Assembly (NCBI GenBank): GCA_018830295.1
Contig: JAHJSM010000002.1
Span: 115,131-179,130 of the forward strand
Direction of reading: 5' to 3'
DNA from: Patescibacteria group bacterium
Lineage (GTDB): Bacteria; Patescibacteriota; Minisyncoccia; Portnoybacterales; UBA2143
Length of the DNA stretch: 64,000 bases
Both the position numbers and the translations under genes were made by a program. Below the pieces are notes generated by a model. The model did no database searches. It had not been told where the DNA came from and saw only the letters and a program-made list of their open reading frames with translations. The number at the start of each line of letters is the position of its first letter. Position 1 is the first letter of the stretch. Below are positions 32,566-41,394 of this stretch, in pieces.

Positions 32566-33306
32566 TTATTCTCTCCCTATCACAATCATCACCTTTTCTA
32601 TTTCCTCAATCGGCTCGTGATAACCGGTTGGATAATCTCTGATGGCATTAAATAAAATTTCTTCCTGATAACGATATTTTTCTCCTCTTATTGTTCCTGG
32701 GTCATTGACAATAAATTCCCCACTGTTCGCGTCATATCCCCAAATCACGATCATATGCCTTTCTGGTCCGGGCGGGGTAAAATATGGATTTCCCAATAAT
32801 TGACCATTAGCCGGTATAATTACCACACTACCTTTCTCTATTTCGTTAATAATATCTTGAAGAACAATCTCTCTTTTCACTTCCGCGGCATTATATCCAA
32901 AATATCCTTTAATAATTCTTTCCATCGTGTCATAACTGGATGTATCTCTGTATTCGCCAAACTCTTTTTTTTGATAATCAGACATAGCGATAATTTCTTC
33001 TTTTGCCTCTTCTTCGTTCAGCCCCTTTCCTCTTGCCCAAGAAACGGCCATCAGAGAGGTCGCTTCTTCGCAACCGTCTTGAAATATTGGATTATTCCAT
33101 TCAGCAAATGGCGCTTGAGGGATAAAAGGGACGTCAAATATCTCATAACTGTTTTCCAATAATATTTCTTCTTTTGTTGTTGCTACTACTGCTTCTTCTT
33201 TCTTCTCCTCCAAAGATTTTTTCGGAAAAAAGAAAAAAAATGCCATCAAAACAACGGCTAAAACAACAATCCAAACTATCTTATATCTCTTTAAAAAATT
33301 CTCCAT
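32566..33306 (-). CDS. Membrane-anchored C39-like peptidase
   Basis: VPFIPQAP, GCEEA, HMIVI and VNDPG motifs; start uncertain. Confidence 0.82.
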   Translation of the reverse strand: MENFLKRYKIVWIVVLAVVLMAFFFFFPKKSLEEKKEEAVVATTKEEILLENSYEIFDVPFIPQAPFAEWNNPIFQDGCEEATSLMAVSWARGKGLNEEEAKEEIIAMSDYQKKEFGEYRDTSSYDTMERIIKGYFGYNAAEVKREIVLQDIINEIEKGSVVIIPANGQLLGNPYFTPPGPERHMIVIWGYDANSGEFIVNDPGTIRGEKYRYQEEILFNAIRDYPTGYHEPIEEIEKVMIVIGRE

Positions 33307-33329
33307 CTTGCTTACCGCCAATAATTTTA

Positions 33330-33758
33330 CTAACTATCATATTTTTTGGCCGCGCGCTTTATTAATGTTGAACTTGACCTAATCTTTCTGCCGCAACCAT
33401 CTATTAACTTTATATTTAATTTTTTGCAAATTTCTGCTTCGGGGATATCGTTTAAATTTTTCCTGTCTCCGCCATTGGCAAAAATATCTGGCTTTATCTT
33501 TTGTAAAGACTTACAAACTGTTTGATCGTTGTCAATAGAAATAAAAACCTCATCAACCCATCTAATCGCTTTTAGTATTTCGGCTCGGTCTTTTTTATTC
33601 ATAAAAGGAATACTGCCCTTTAATTTTACTTGCTTGTCATTATTTACTATTACTACCAAACAATCACCAAGCAATTTAGCTGTTTTAAGTAAATCTAAAT
33701 GACCAATATGAAGCGGATTAAAGTATCCGCTTACAGCTACTATAATCTTTTTTTTCAT
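33330..33758 (-). CDS. Cytidylyltransferase-like (HIGH) protein
   Basis: SGYFNPLHIGH, ANGGDR and SSS motifs. Confidence 0.88.
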   Translation of the reverse strand: MKKKIIVAVSGYFNPLHIGHLDLLKTAKLLGDCLVVIVNNDKQVKLKGSIPFMNKKDRAEILKAIRWVDEVFISIDNDQTVCKSLQKIKPDIFANGGDRKNLNDIPEAEICKKLNIKLIDGCGRKIRSSSTLIKRAAKKYDS

Positions 33759-33829
33759 ATAAATATTTTTGCCCATTTTATAATTCCTCACCCAATAAAA
33801 TTTTATATTTCCCAAAAAGATCTTTCATA

Positions 33830-34696
33830 TTAATTTTTCTCTTTCAATCTTTTACTACTTTTTGGAGGTTGTAAATAATTTTTCCCACAGACGACTTTTT
33901 TGCCTGTTTTACTCTCTAATTCTTTTCTCGCGTTTTTAGCGATACGACCTCCTTTTCTGGCTGGCGTTTTGCTTTCTTCCAAACCCCTTGCTTCCATCGT
34001 TTCGGCTATTTGCCGAGTAGAAAGTTCTGCCAACGCTGTAAAAACCAACTCTGCGTCCGACATATGGTCGCGCAAGTTTTGCGTTTTTAATTTTTTCAAA
34101 TTTTTATGCTCTTTGACCGACAAATCGCTCCATTCTTTGTGGATAATATTTGTTAAAATAGCGTATTCGTCTTTTTCTTTGACTTTGTTGTCTTTCCAAT
34201 AATCAGTCAGTTTATTTCTGATTTCTTGCCCCATCATTCTTTGCTGTATCCACTTCTTGCTTCGTCCCATTCTTTGCCAATAATCCCGACTGCGATTTAA
34301 CGCTTTTCCCGGATCATTCATTTCCTCTATTCTTTCATAACCGACTTTTGCCAGCCACAGTTTTACTGGCTCAGCTTTTGGCGACGGAACGGACTGGATG
34401 AGACGCAACAATGTTTCTACATCAGATGTATCAGTCAAATAAAATTTTCCATCTGCTGCCTCAAATTTCAGTTGGTGACAATTTGACACCGACTCGTTTC
34501 CCTCTTTTTTAAGTCTTTCTTTAAGTTTATTCCAATACTTTCTGGCAGTTTGATAATCGGCTTGTTGAATTAACGCTTGAATAATATCTACTACCGAAAA
34601 ATACCATTTTTCTTTTTTCTCGTCCCAAAGACGGCGGATTTTTTGACCTTCAAAAATTGTAATTTGTTTATTGTTTATGCTTTTAATTGTTCTCAT
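33830..34696 (-). CDS. Bro-N domain protein
   Basis: WYFSVVD, IQSVPSPKAEP and NLRDHMS motifs; flanked by 35-bp direct repeats. Confidence 0.85.
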   Translation of the reverse strand: MRTIKSINNKQITIFEGQKIRRLWDEKKEKWYFSVVDIIQALIQQADYQTARKYWNKLKERLKKEGNESVSNCHQLKFEAADGKFYLTDTSDVETLLRLIQSVPSPKAEPVKLWLAKVGYERIEEMNDPGKALNRSRDYWQRMGRSKKWIQQRMMGQEIRNKLTDYWKDNKVKEKDEYAILTNIIHKEWSDLSVKEHKNLKKLKTQNLRDHMSDAELVFTALAELSTRQIAETMEARGLEESKTPARKGGRIAKNARKELESKTGKKVVCGKNYLQPPKSSKRLKEKN

Positions 34697-34797
34697 AAAA
34701 TTTTATATTTCCCTAAAAAATCCTTCATACCCTCATTATACCAAAAAACCGCCCCCTTGGCGATTCCTAAAAAAGGTTCCTGACGCCTTTTTTGTCC

Positions 34798-35670
34798 CTA
34801 CGGCTGGAAAATTTCCTCTGGCAGAAAACGGACTTGCTGGACTTCTGGAAATTGCTTGGCTGTCGCTTCAATCTGAAACCAAAGAATGCCCACGCGACAG
34901 GAACCGCCAACTGTTTTGTTTTTAGCGTCGTCAAATTCAAGAGTTAAAACCCCGTCCCTCAACAAAGCTCCTTTTAAAGAAAGCCCCTCCAACGGATATT
35001 CACTGTCAATTCCTTGAGCCCGCTCTTCGTCGGTTAATTCGCCCGAAAGCAAAAGTTTAATCGCATCTTGAATCGGCGTTTGGGTTATGGGAATTTCTCT
35101 TTCAACTGGCGCCAACCCTTCCCTACTACAAGCGATATTGCCCGATTCATCTCTATCTAGTTCTTGATTGTAATAATATAATTTTATAGGCGGAGTCTGT
35201 AATTGCCAGATAGAATAATTAAGATAACCGGCAAAACTGACCCAAAGAAGATACGGCAAAAGAAGAAGCGCCGCCTTCCATGAGATTTTGTAAAAAACAA
35301 TGATTGTCCCAATAATCGCGAACCAGAGAAGGACGATGTCAATAAACGCCCAGCCGGGATTTTTTAATCCAAAAAAGATAATTGACCAAATCGCGTTCAA
35401 AAAAAGCTGAACACCAAACACGCCAAGCGCCATTTTTACATCTTTTCGCTCAAACCCTTTCTTCCATACCAAAAACGCGGCGACGCCCATGAGAAAATAC
35501 AATGTCGTCCACGCGGGACCAAAAACCCAACTTGGAGGATTGAATGCCGGTTTCGCGAGCCCAGCATACCAAACAGGTATCGCCGAAACGGTAAATACCG
35601 AGCCGATAATCCCGGCAATTTCGCAAACTCCAACAGCAATAATCAATTTTAAAACATTATTTAACTTCAT
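34798..35670 (-). CDS. TspO/MBR protein fused to a GerMN-like domain
   Basis: KPAFNPPSWVFGPAWT and PYLLWVSFA, then LLSG..GGSCRV..QI..T..QF. Confidence 0.8.
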   Translation of the reverse strand: MKLNNVLKLIIAVGVCEIAGIIGSVFTVSAIPVWYAGLAKPAFNPPSWVFGPAWTTLYFLMGVAAFLVWKKGFERKDVKMALGVFGVQLFLNAIWSIIFFGLKNPGWAFIDIVLLWFAIIGTIIVFYKISWKAALLLLPYLLWVSFAGYLNYSIWQLQTPPIKLYYYNQELDRDESGNIACSREGLAPVEREIPITQTPIQDAIKLLLSGELTDEERAQGIDSEYPLEGLSLKGALLRDGVLTLEFDDAKNKTVGGSCRVGILWFQIEATAKQFPEVQQVRFLPEEIFQP

Positions 35671-35681
35671 AATACTAAAAT

Positions 35682-36019
35682 TTAACAAGTCAAATGTAAG
35701 CCAAATATTACTTTTTTTCTAAACAAAGCCGATTAAAAATTTGAACAGCTTTTTCTGTTGGCTCAGCAATCAACTCAATCCCCTGTTTTTCTAAATATTC
35801 TTCTGTTTCTTTTAAAACTTTCATCAATCCAGGAGTCCCAGCGCCAATAATCAAAACATCCGGTCCTTCATCAACCGCTTCTTTTATATCATCAATACAA
35901 ACCTCATGCCCTTGCTTCCGCCACCATTTCTTTACTTTGTTAGGATAAATAATAATATCAGCATCATATCTTTTCCCATCAATCATTATCTCGCCAAAAT
36001 TGTAAGAATCTATGTGCAT
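35682..36019 (-). CDS. Mth938-like protein; C-terminus in the -1 frame
   Basis: IDSYNFG and IGAG motifs; VIFGLHLTC follows A_AAA_AAG TAA in the -1 frame. Confidence 0.75.
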
Positions 36020-36135
36020 GTTTTTATTATACCAAAAAACCGCCCCCTTGGCGATTTTTATAGTTGACAAAAAATATTAATATGATAGAATCACGACAGT
36101 ACTTTTTTAATTAACCCTAACAAAAGGAGGAAAAA

Positions 36136-36327
36136 ATGGGAGATAACAAACCTTTCGTACCACTTAAAGACGGCTTTGGGATTCAGCCTATGGGTCCATC
36201 CCCATTAGGTAACGGCGATATGCACGACACTTTTAAAAGCGACCGAGAAGGCAATATTTCTAAAGGACATACTACCGTCAGAATTCCTGGCGGGAAAACA
36301 GCCCACATGCCCTGGACCCCAAAATAG
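36136..36327 (+). CDS. 63-aa Gly/Pro/His-rich small protein, copy 1
   Basis: Promoter TTGACA-16-TAGAAT, SD AAAAGGAGG, terminator 36341-36372; paralog at 38530. Confidence 0.85.
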   Translation: MGDNKPFVPLKDGFGIQPMGPSPLGNGDMHDTFKSDREGNISKGHTTVRIPGGKTAHMPWTPK

Positions 36328-36372
36328 GCCGGCGTTAACTTAAAAGGAGCTCAAAATAACGAGCTCCTTTTT

Positions 36373-36981
36373 TCATTTCCCGCAAATCCCCTTTATCTCC
36401 CGCGCTAATTCAGGAAATTCCGGCTGATTAAAATGACCTCTATCCTTAAATATTCTCACAGTCGCGTCGGGTAAATCTTTTTGATATTTCCCGAGGTCAA
36501 GATAAGGAACAACCGGGTCGTCTTCGCTATGATAAATAAATATCTTGCCGCCTTGCCCCTTAAACTTTTTTAAATTATTTAATATAACGAAATCTCCCAA
36601 CGGCTCTTCAATATCTTTTTCATCATACGGTGGAGCAATCAAAATTGAAGCGCGAATTTTCTTTGGAAATTTGTTTTCCGAAAGATATTTCGCCAAAAAT
36701 ACCCCGCCTAAAGAATGACCAATTAAAACAACATTATCATCTAATAAACGAGCGATTTTCCTAAACAACATTTTCCATTCGGCATATTTAGAATTCATCG
36801 GATTTGGCATTTTCAGCAATAAAACATCAAATCTATTTCCAAGTTCCTCTCGCAAAGTATCTTTCCATCCTATTTTTCTATACCTATCTAAGTCAACTTT
36901 CAAAAATTTCAAAAACGACAGATAATCCTTATCTGTTTCAAAAGCAGAACCACCATGAATCACAACAATTTGCTTTGTCAT
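36373..36981 (-). CDS. Alpha/beta hydrolase (YdeN/RBBP9-like)
   Basis: IHGG, GHSLGG, SEDDPVVP and GHF motifs. Confidence 0.88.
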   Translation of the reverse strand: MTKQIVVIHGGSAFETDKDYLSFLKFLKVDLDRYRKIGWKDTLREELGNRFDVLLLKMPNPMNSKYAEWKMLFRKIARLLDDNVVLIGHSLGGVFLAKYLSENKFPKKIRASILIAPPYDEKDIEEPLGDFVILNNLKKFKGQGGKIFIYHSEDDPVVPYLDLGKYQKDLPDATVRIFKDRGHFNQPEFPELAREIKGICGK

Positions 36982-36994
36982 ATTATATTATTTT

Positions 36995-37909
36995 TTATAA
37001 CCCGTTCCCTCTCTCAATTTGCTCGGCTGACTTTAAAATAATCTCCGGCTTGCCTCCATATTCCTCAACTTCGCCTCTTATCCTAACCATCTGACTTGAA
37101 TAATATTTTTCCGGATTTTGAACAAATTCATCCAAATCAGAACTGAAAATCACCCCGACAAAACATTGTTCAGGATAAGCGTCTTCAAAATTCAAAAAAA
37201 CCGTATTGGTTTGGGAGCGATAACCATCAGCCACCCACCCCTCAACAATCACCTCTTGCCCATAATATTGAGCAGACGAACAAGCGTCAATTACTTTCAA
37301 ACCAGTTAATTCAGAAGTTAATTTTGACCAGTTATAATTTCCATCCCTGTTAATCGACTCCGCTCCTTGTCCGCTCCACTTGCAACCAACCTTATTTTCA
37401 ATAGCGACTCCTTCCGCCAAAGCAATTTCTGATTGATATTTGCTCCCCTCATAAGAAGCGCGAGCCACAACCAGCCCCTCCTGAACCATTTTCAACCCAA
37501 TATTAACATCATCCACGAAAACATATCGCAAATATCGGCACCACTGGTCCAAATCATCCCCGCCCATCTCCAAAACCGCCTCCTTGCCCAAAACCAGTTC
37601 CTCCAATCGCTCTTGAGCCGCCCCATAGCACGGCTTGCCCCTTTCATCCGCGTCAAACCACAAAAGACGGACTGAATAACCACCCTCAATCAAAACCGTG
37701 TCCCCGTCAATCACTTTCGTCACCATCCGAACCGCTCCATCCTCCAATTTCGGCGTATCAGAACAACCACCGCTCTCTTGCGCTAAATCATCATCAATCA
37801 ATCTTTCAGAATAAAAAAACCAAACAACCCCGCCCACAACCAAAACCCCAACCATTGCCGACAAAACTATTTTATATTTTATTAAAAACTTTTTCATATC
37901 TTGACCCAT
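36995..37909 (-). CDS. Membrane-anchored thermonuclease (SNase) with C-terminal OB fold
   Basis: VIDGDT, VRL...DA.E, D...RYLRYV; OB-like FLNF..G.V..Y..KPEI. Confidence 0.85.
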   Translation of the reverse strand: MGQDMKKFLIKYKIVLSAMVGVLVVGGVVWFFYSERLIDDDLAQESGGCSDTPKLEDGAVRMVTKVIDGDTVLIEGGYSVRLLWFDADERGKPCYGAAQERLEELVLGKEAVLEMGGDDLDQWCRYLRYVFVDDVNIGLKMVQEGLVVARASYEGSKYQSEIALAEGVAIENKVGCKWSGQGAESINRDGNYNWSKLTSELTGLKVIDACSSAQYYGQEVIVEGWVADGYRSQTNTVFLNFEDAYPEQCFVGVIFSSDLDEFVQNPEKYYSSQMVRIRGEVEEYGGKPEIILKSAEQIERGNGL

Positions 37910-38239
37910 ACCCCCATTATACCAAAAAACCGCTGTTTAGGCGATTTTTTTTATAGTTCTTCAAGCGCGTTAAGTAAAGAGGACACCCCTCGCCGCGAGG
38001 GGTGTCCTCTTATTTCTCATTTTTTCCCAAAAAGTTTCCTGTCGCCTCCCCTCCCCGTCATTGCGGGCTTGCCGCGCCCGCCTCTGGAGGGACCCGCAAT
38101 CCAGACCCTCTTTCTCTCCCTCTTTTTTCAGAATACGGAGCAAAAATTGTTATTGACAGTATAGCGCTTTATGAGTTATACTTTTTAAAAAATAAATCAT
38201 ATTATAACAAGTAAAGTTCTTTAAAAGGAGGTGGTAATT

Positions 38240-38494
38240 ATGACAAAGAAAAAATATCCTTGTCCAAGATGTGGGAAAGAGGTTTCTATAAGCGAAAGTA
38301 AGGTGTCACCGATTGGATTTCTTCCTGATTTGCCCTCGTTGGCGAGCGCAAATATAATTTTTGGGACAGCTTCCAAGGAAGAGAAAAAGCGGCATGACGA
38401 AAAATTGGAAAGATATTATGGAGAAAACTGCTGGTGCAAGAAGTGCCATAATATAATTAGGAAAAAATATCTAAAGAATCCCCAAATGTTTTGA
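38240..38494 (+). CDS. Small zinc-ribbon protein
   Basis: CPRC...CKKC; SD AAAAGGAGGTG; promoter TTGACA..TATACT. Confidence 0.65.
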   Translation: MTKKKYPCPRCGKEVSISESKVSPIGFLPDLPSLASANIIFGTASKEEKKRHDEKLERYYGENCWCKKCHNIIRKKYLKNPQMF

Positions 38495-38529
38495 CATTTT
38501 TATTAACCGCAAACAAAAGGAGGCAAAAA

Positions 38530-38721
38530 GTGGGAGATAACAAACCTTTCGTACCGCTAAAAAATGGCTTTGGGATCCAACCTATGGGACCATCCCCATT
38601 AGGCGATGGCGACATGCACGATACTTTCAAAAGCGACAGCGACGGCAACATTTCTGAAGGACATACCACTGTCCGAATCCCCGGTGGAAAAAAGATTCAT
38701 ATGCCATGGAACCCGAAATAA
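38530..38721 (+). CDS. 63-aa small protein, copy 2
   Basis: GTG start after AAAAGGAGG; 55/63 aa identical to copy 1. Confidence 0.85.
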   Translation: MGDNKPFVPLKNGFGIQPMGPSPLGDGDMHDTFKSDSDGNISEGHTTVRIPGGKKIHMPWNPK

Positions 38722-38819
38722 TTCCTAAACAAGGAGTCCAACAGGACAAGGAGCTCAAAAACAACGAACTCCTTTTTCTATACCAAAAAACCGCCCTCTT
38801 GGCGATTTTTTAACATGAT

Positions 38820-38975
38820 AAAAAAGGTTAGACCTTTCGAGTAGAGACATTTCTTAAGGTCTCGCTCAGAAGGTCTGACCTTTTTTCACCCCCTGTATTT
38901 CTCCCCAAACCCCCTCTAAATCTTTTACTCCCCCTTATCCTCCCTAAACCTATTCCTAAGATATTCCTTTTCTAA
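38820..38975. repeat. ~155-bp direct repeat (second copy 48591-48747)
   Basis: Near-identical sequence with AGGTYNGRCCT palindromic arms and the 3' tail of ORF 42466. Confidence 0.9.
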
Positions 38976-39111
38976 TTTCAAAGATTTTATCTTAATCTCT
39001 TTTTATTTCTTTTGGGATTGACAAAGATAAAATAAAAAGCCACAATAAAGAAAGTATGAGATATGTTCTTTAACCGTTGAATAATACCGAAGATAAAAAA
39101 GGAGGTCCCTG

Positions 39112-40452
39112 ATGATATCTAATCTTAGAAGCCCTATATATGTTCAAATAGAAATAACTTCTAATTGCAACAACAAATGCCTGCACTGCTACAACTTTTG
39201 GCGTTATGACCAAACAAATGAAAGGAAAGAATTGTCTATCTCTGAATGGAAAAAGGTGGCTAAAATTTTGGGAGAAAATGATATTTTCTACGCTACTATC
39301 ACTGGAGGCGAACCATTTGTCGCAAAAGAAAAAACATATAATCTTATGAATTTCTTGCGCGAACAAAACATCCGTATAATGATAAATTCCAATGCTACCT
39401 TAATTAATCAAAACGAAGCGGAAAAACTATCAACATATCCAATAGAAATATTTCTCGTATCCCTAATTTCGTCTAACCCGCGGCAACACAATGAAATTGC
39501 TAATTCAAATCTCGCTTTTCAAAAAACTGTTCAAGGCATTAAAAATCTGCAAAAGGCAAAGATCAATTTAGCAATCAATATGGTTGCGAGTAAAATTAAT
39601 TACCAAAATGTCTACACAACAGGCAAATGGGTTTATGAAAATTTAGGTATTAAAAATTTCAGCGCCACGCCAATTTGCCCATCAGTCCAGGAGCATCAAG
39701 TTCTTGAATTAAACGAAAAAGAAACAATAGACACGCTTGGTCAACTCCTCCAATTAAAGAAAGATTTCGGGCTTAATGTGGATATTTTGGAAGTTTTTCC
39801 AACCTGCCTTTTTGAAAATCTTGAAAATGAAATTGTAGAAACATTCTCAAAAAGAATGTGTACTGCCGGAAATACTACAATAACCATCGGATCCGAAGGC
39901 AATATCAGAGCGTGTTCATACGACCAAAAATCTTATGGCAATATATTAAACGAAAGCTTCAATAACATCTGGAAAAGAATGGAAATTTGGCGGAATAATT
40001 CTTTGCTGCCGCCCGAATGCAATGAGTGTATTATAGCAGATAGTTGCGGAGGAGGATGCCGAGTAAACGCCAAAGTAAAACAAGACGGATATTGCGAACT
40101 TAGCAATTTCTATAAAGGCGCGCTGAAGGAAAAACAGGAAAAATTCTTCAAAGAAACATCCGAGATTCAACTGAACAAAAAGTTATCACTATCTAAAAAT
40201 ATTCTCTTTAGAGAAGAAAAAGAAAACAAATTCGTATTGGTGGCAAATTCCATGCATTTTGTTATAGTAAATGATAAAGGGTTGGAAGTAGTAAAACATT
40301 TAAATACCTTAAGTTCTTTTACACCCTCTGAAATAATTAGCGCGCTGAATTTAGACGTAGAGAAAGACAGGAAGTTTTTCGCAGAACTTTTTCAAAAAGG
40401 ATTCTTGTTAGAACCCGCAACCAAGCCGAAAGGAGGTGGCAAAGATGGTTAA
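39112..40452 (+). CDS. Radical SAM/SPASM protein with C-terminal RRE/PqqD-like domain
   Basis: CNNKCLHC, TGGEP, SPASM cysteines (CTAG, RAC, CNEC....CGGGC, YC), beta-then-helix C-terminal extension. Confidence 0.88.
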   Translation: MISNLRSPIYVQIEITSNCNNKCLHCYNFWRYDQTNERKELSISEWKKVAKILGENDIFYATITGGEPFVAKEKTYNLMNFLREQNIRIMINSNATLINQNEAEKLSTYPIEIFLVSLISSNPRQHNEIANSNLAFQKTVQGIKNLQKAKINLAINMVASKINYQNVYTTGKWVYENLGIKNFSATPICPSVQEHQVLELNEKETIDTLGQLLQLKKDFGLNVDILEVFPTCLFENLENEIVETFSKRMCTAGNTTITIGSEGNIRACSYDQKSYGNILNESFNNIWKRMEIWRNNSLLPPECNECIIADSCGGGCRVNAKVKQDGYCELSNFYKGALKEKQEKFFKETSEIQLNKKLSLSKNILFREEKENKFVLVANSMHFVIVNDKGLEVVKHLNTLSSFTPSEIISALNLDVEKDRKFFAELFQKGFLLEPATKPKGGGKDG

Positions 40453-40606
40453 CAAGTTGCTCGCGGAAAAAAAAGGGGCTGACGCAAACACTGGCAGTAA
40501 TGAAATCCAGATGTTTAATTCCGCGCTTCAGCCCACGGAAAGCGGTTCAGATAGCAATTACACCAATTGTTATTGCTACGGACCCGCCTATCCCCCCTGC
40601 AAATAA
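40445..40606 (+). CDS. 53-aa putative RiPP precursor peptide (absent from ORF track)
   Basis: SD AGGAGGTGG; ATG overlaps rSAM end; MVNKLLAEKKGADANTGSNEIQMFNSALQPTESGSDSNYTNCYCYGPAYPPCK. Confidence 0.75.
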   Translation: MVNKLLAEKKGADANTGSNEIQMFNSALQPTESGSDSNYTNCYCYGPAYPPCK

Positions 40607-40633
40607 AAGCAGGAACAAAAAAGGGGTCAAAAA

Positions 40634-41338
40634 TTATTTGATCCCTTTTTCTATTTCACGCTTGATAATTTCTTTAAAAGATTCCTTGGAAAATCTTTTT
40701 ACCAAACCCTTGCTTTCCTCCGCCAAATTTTCTGGAATAACCAAGGGAATTTTGGTTTTTAATTTTAACAACGGATAATTAACCATTACTTCAGACAACC
40801 GCCATAAGAAATCTTTATTCTTTTGTATAAAACTTTGAGGATAAGATTCTGAAACAAATTCCCAATACATCAAATGGCTCAATTCGTGAAAAACCACATA
40901 TAGAGGGTCTCCGTATTCAAGCAAGGGATTGATATAGATATTAGGCGCGCCAATATCATAATCGCCGCCCCACAAGCAAGAGAATAAAAGATAAATATTA
41001 TATTCTTTATATTTCCACTTTATTTCTGTCGCTTCCTCCATCTGCCGAAAAAAAGCATCTTCAATTTTCCGCCACTTTTTTTCTAATTCATTCCCCTTTT
41101 CATCGATTAAACGAACAATCTCGTCTTTGTTTGATTTAATATGCTCTTTAACTTTATCGCGCAAGCCGGAAAAACTTTCGTCCGAACAATTTGGGATATT
41201 ATGATTCACAATGTAAAGAAAGCGGTCTTTGCCTATCACCTTCCTTGCCCCGCTATAGTTATTATCAACAAACCAAAACTCCTTTTCAAAGGATTTGATA
41301 AATTTTAATTTTACATTATTTTTAATCGTCATAATCAT
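40634..41338 (-). CDS. HExxH-motif hypothetical protein
   Basis: FHELSH motif; leaderless start after the promoter module. Confidence 0.6.
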   Translation of the reverse strand: MIMTIKNNVKLKFIKSFEKEFWFVDNNYSGARKVIGKDRFLYIVNHNIPNCSDESFSGLRDKVKEHIKSNKDEIVRLIDEKGNELEKKWRKIEDAFFRQMEEATEIKWKYKEYNIYLLFSCLWGGDYDIGAPNIYINPLLEYGDPLYVVFHELSHLMYWEFVSESYPQSFIQKNKDFLWRLSEVMVNYPLLKLKTKIPLVIPENLAEESKGLVKRFSKESFKEIIKREIEKGIK

Positions 41339-41394
41339 ACACCCATTATACCAAAAAATCGCCAAAAAGGCGATTCTTAAATTTGATTTTTATA

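Noticed and set aside
40500-40778. 92-aa ORF in the track as the rSAM partner
   Set aside because: No SD and overlaps the convergent gene; the frame starting at 40445 has an SD, coupling and a precursor-like sequence
40634-41338. HExxH protein as the RiPP protease or tailoring enzyme
   Set aside because: Convergent and driven by a generic cassette promoter; linkage unsupported, though not excluded
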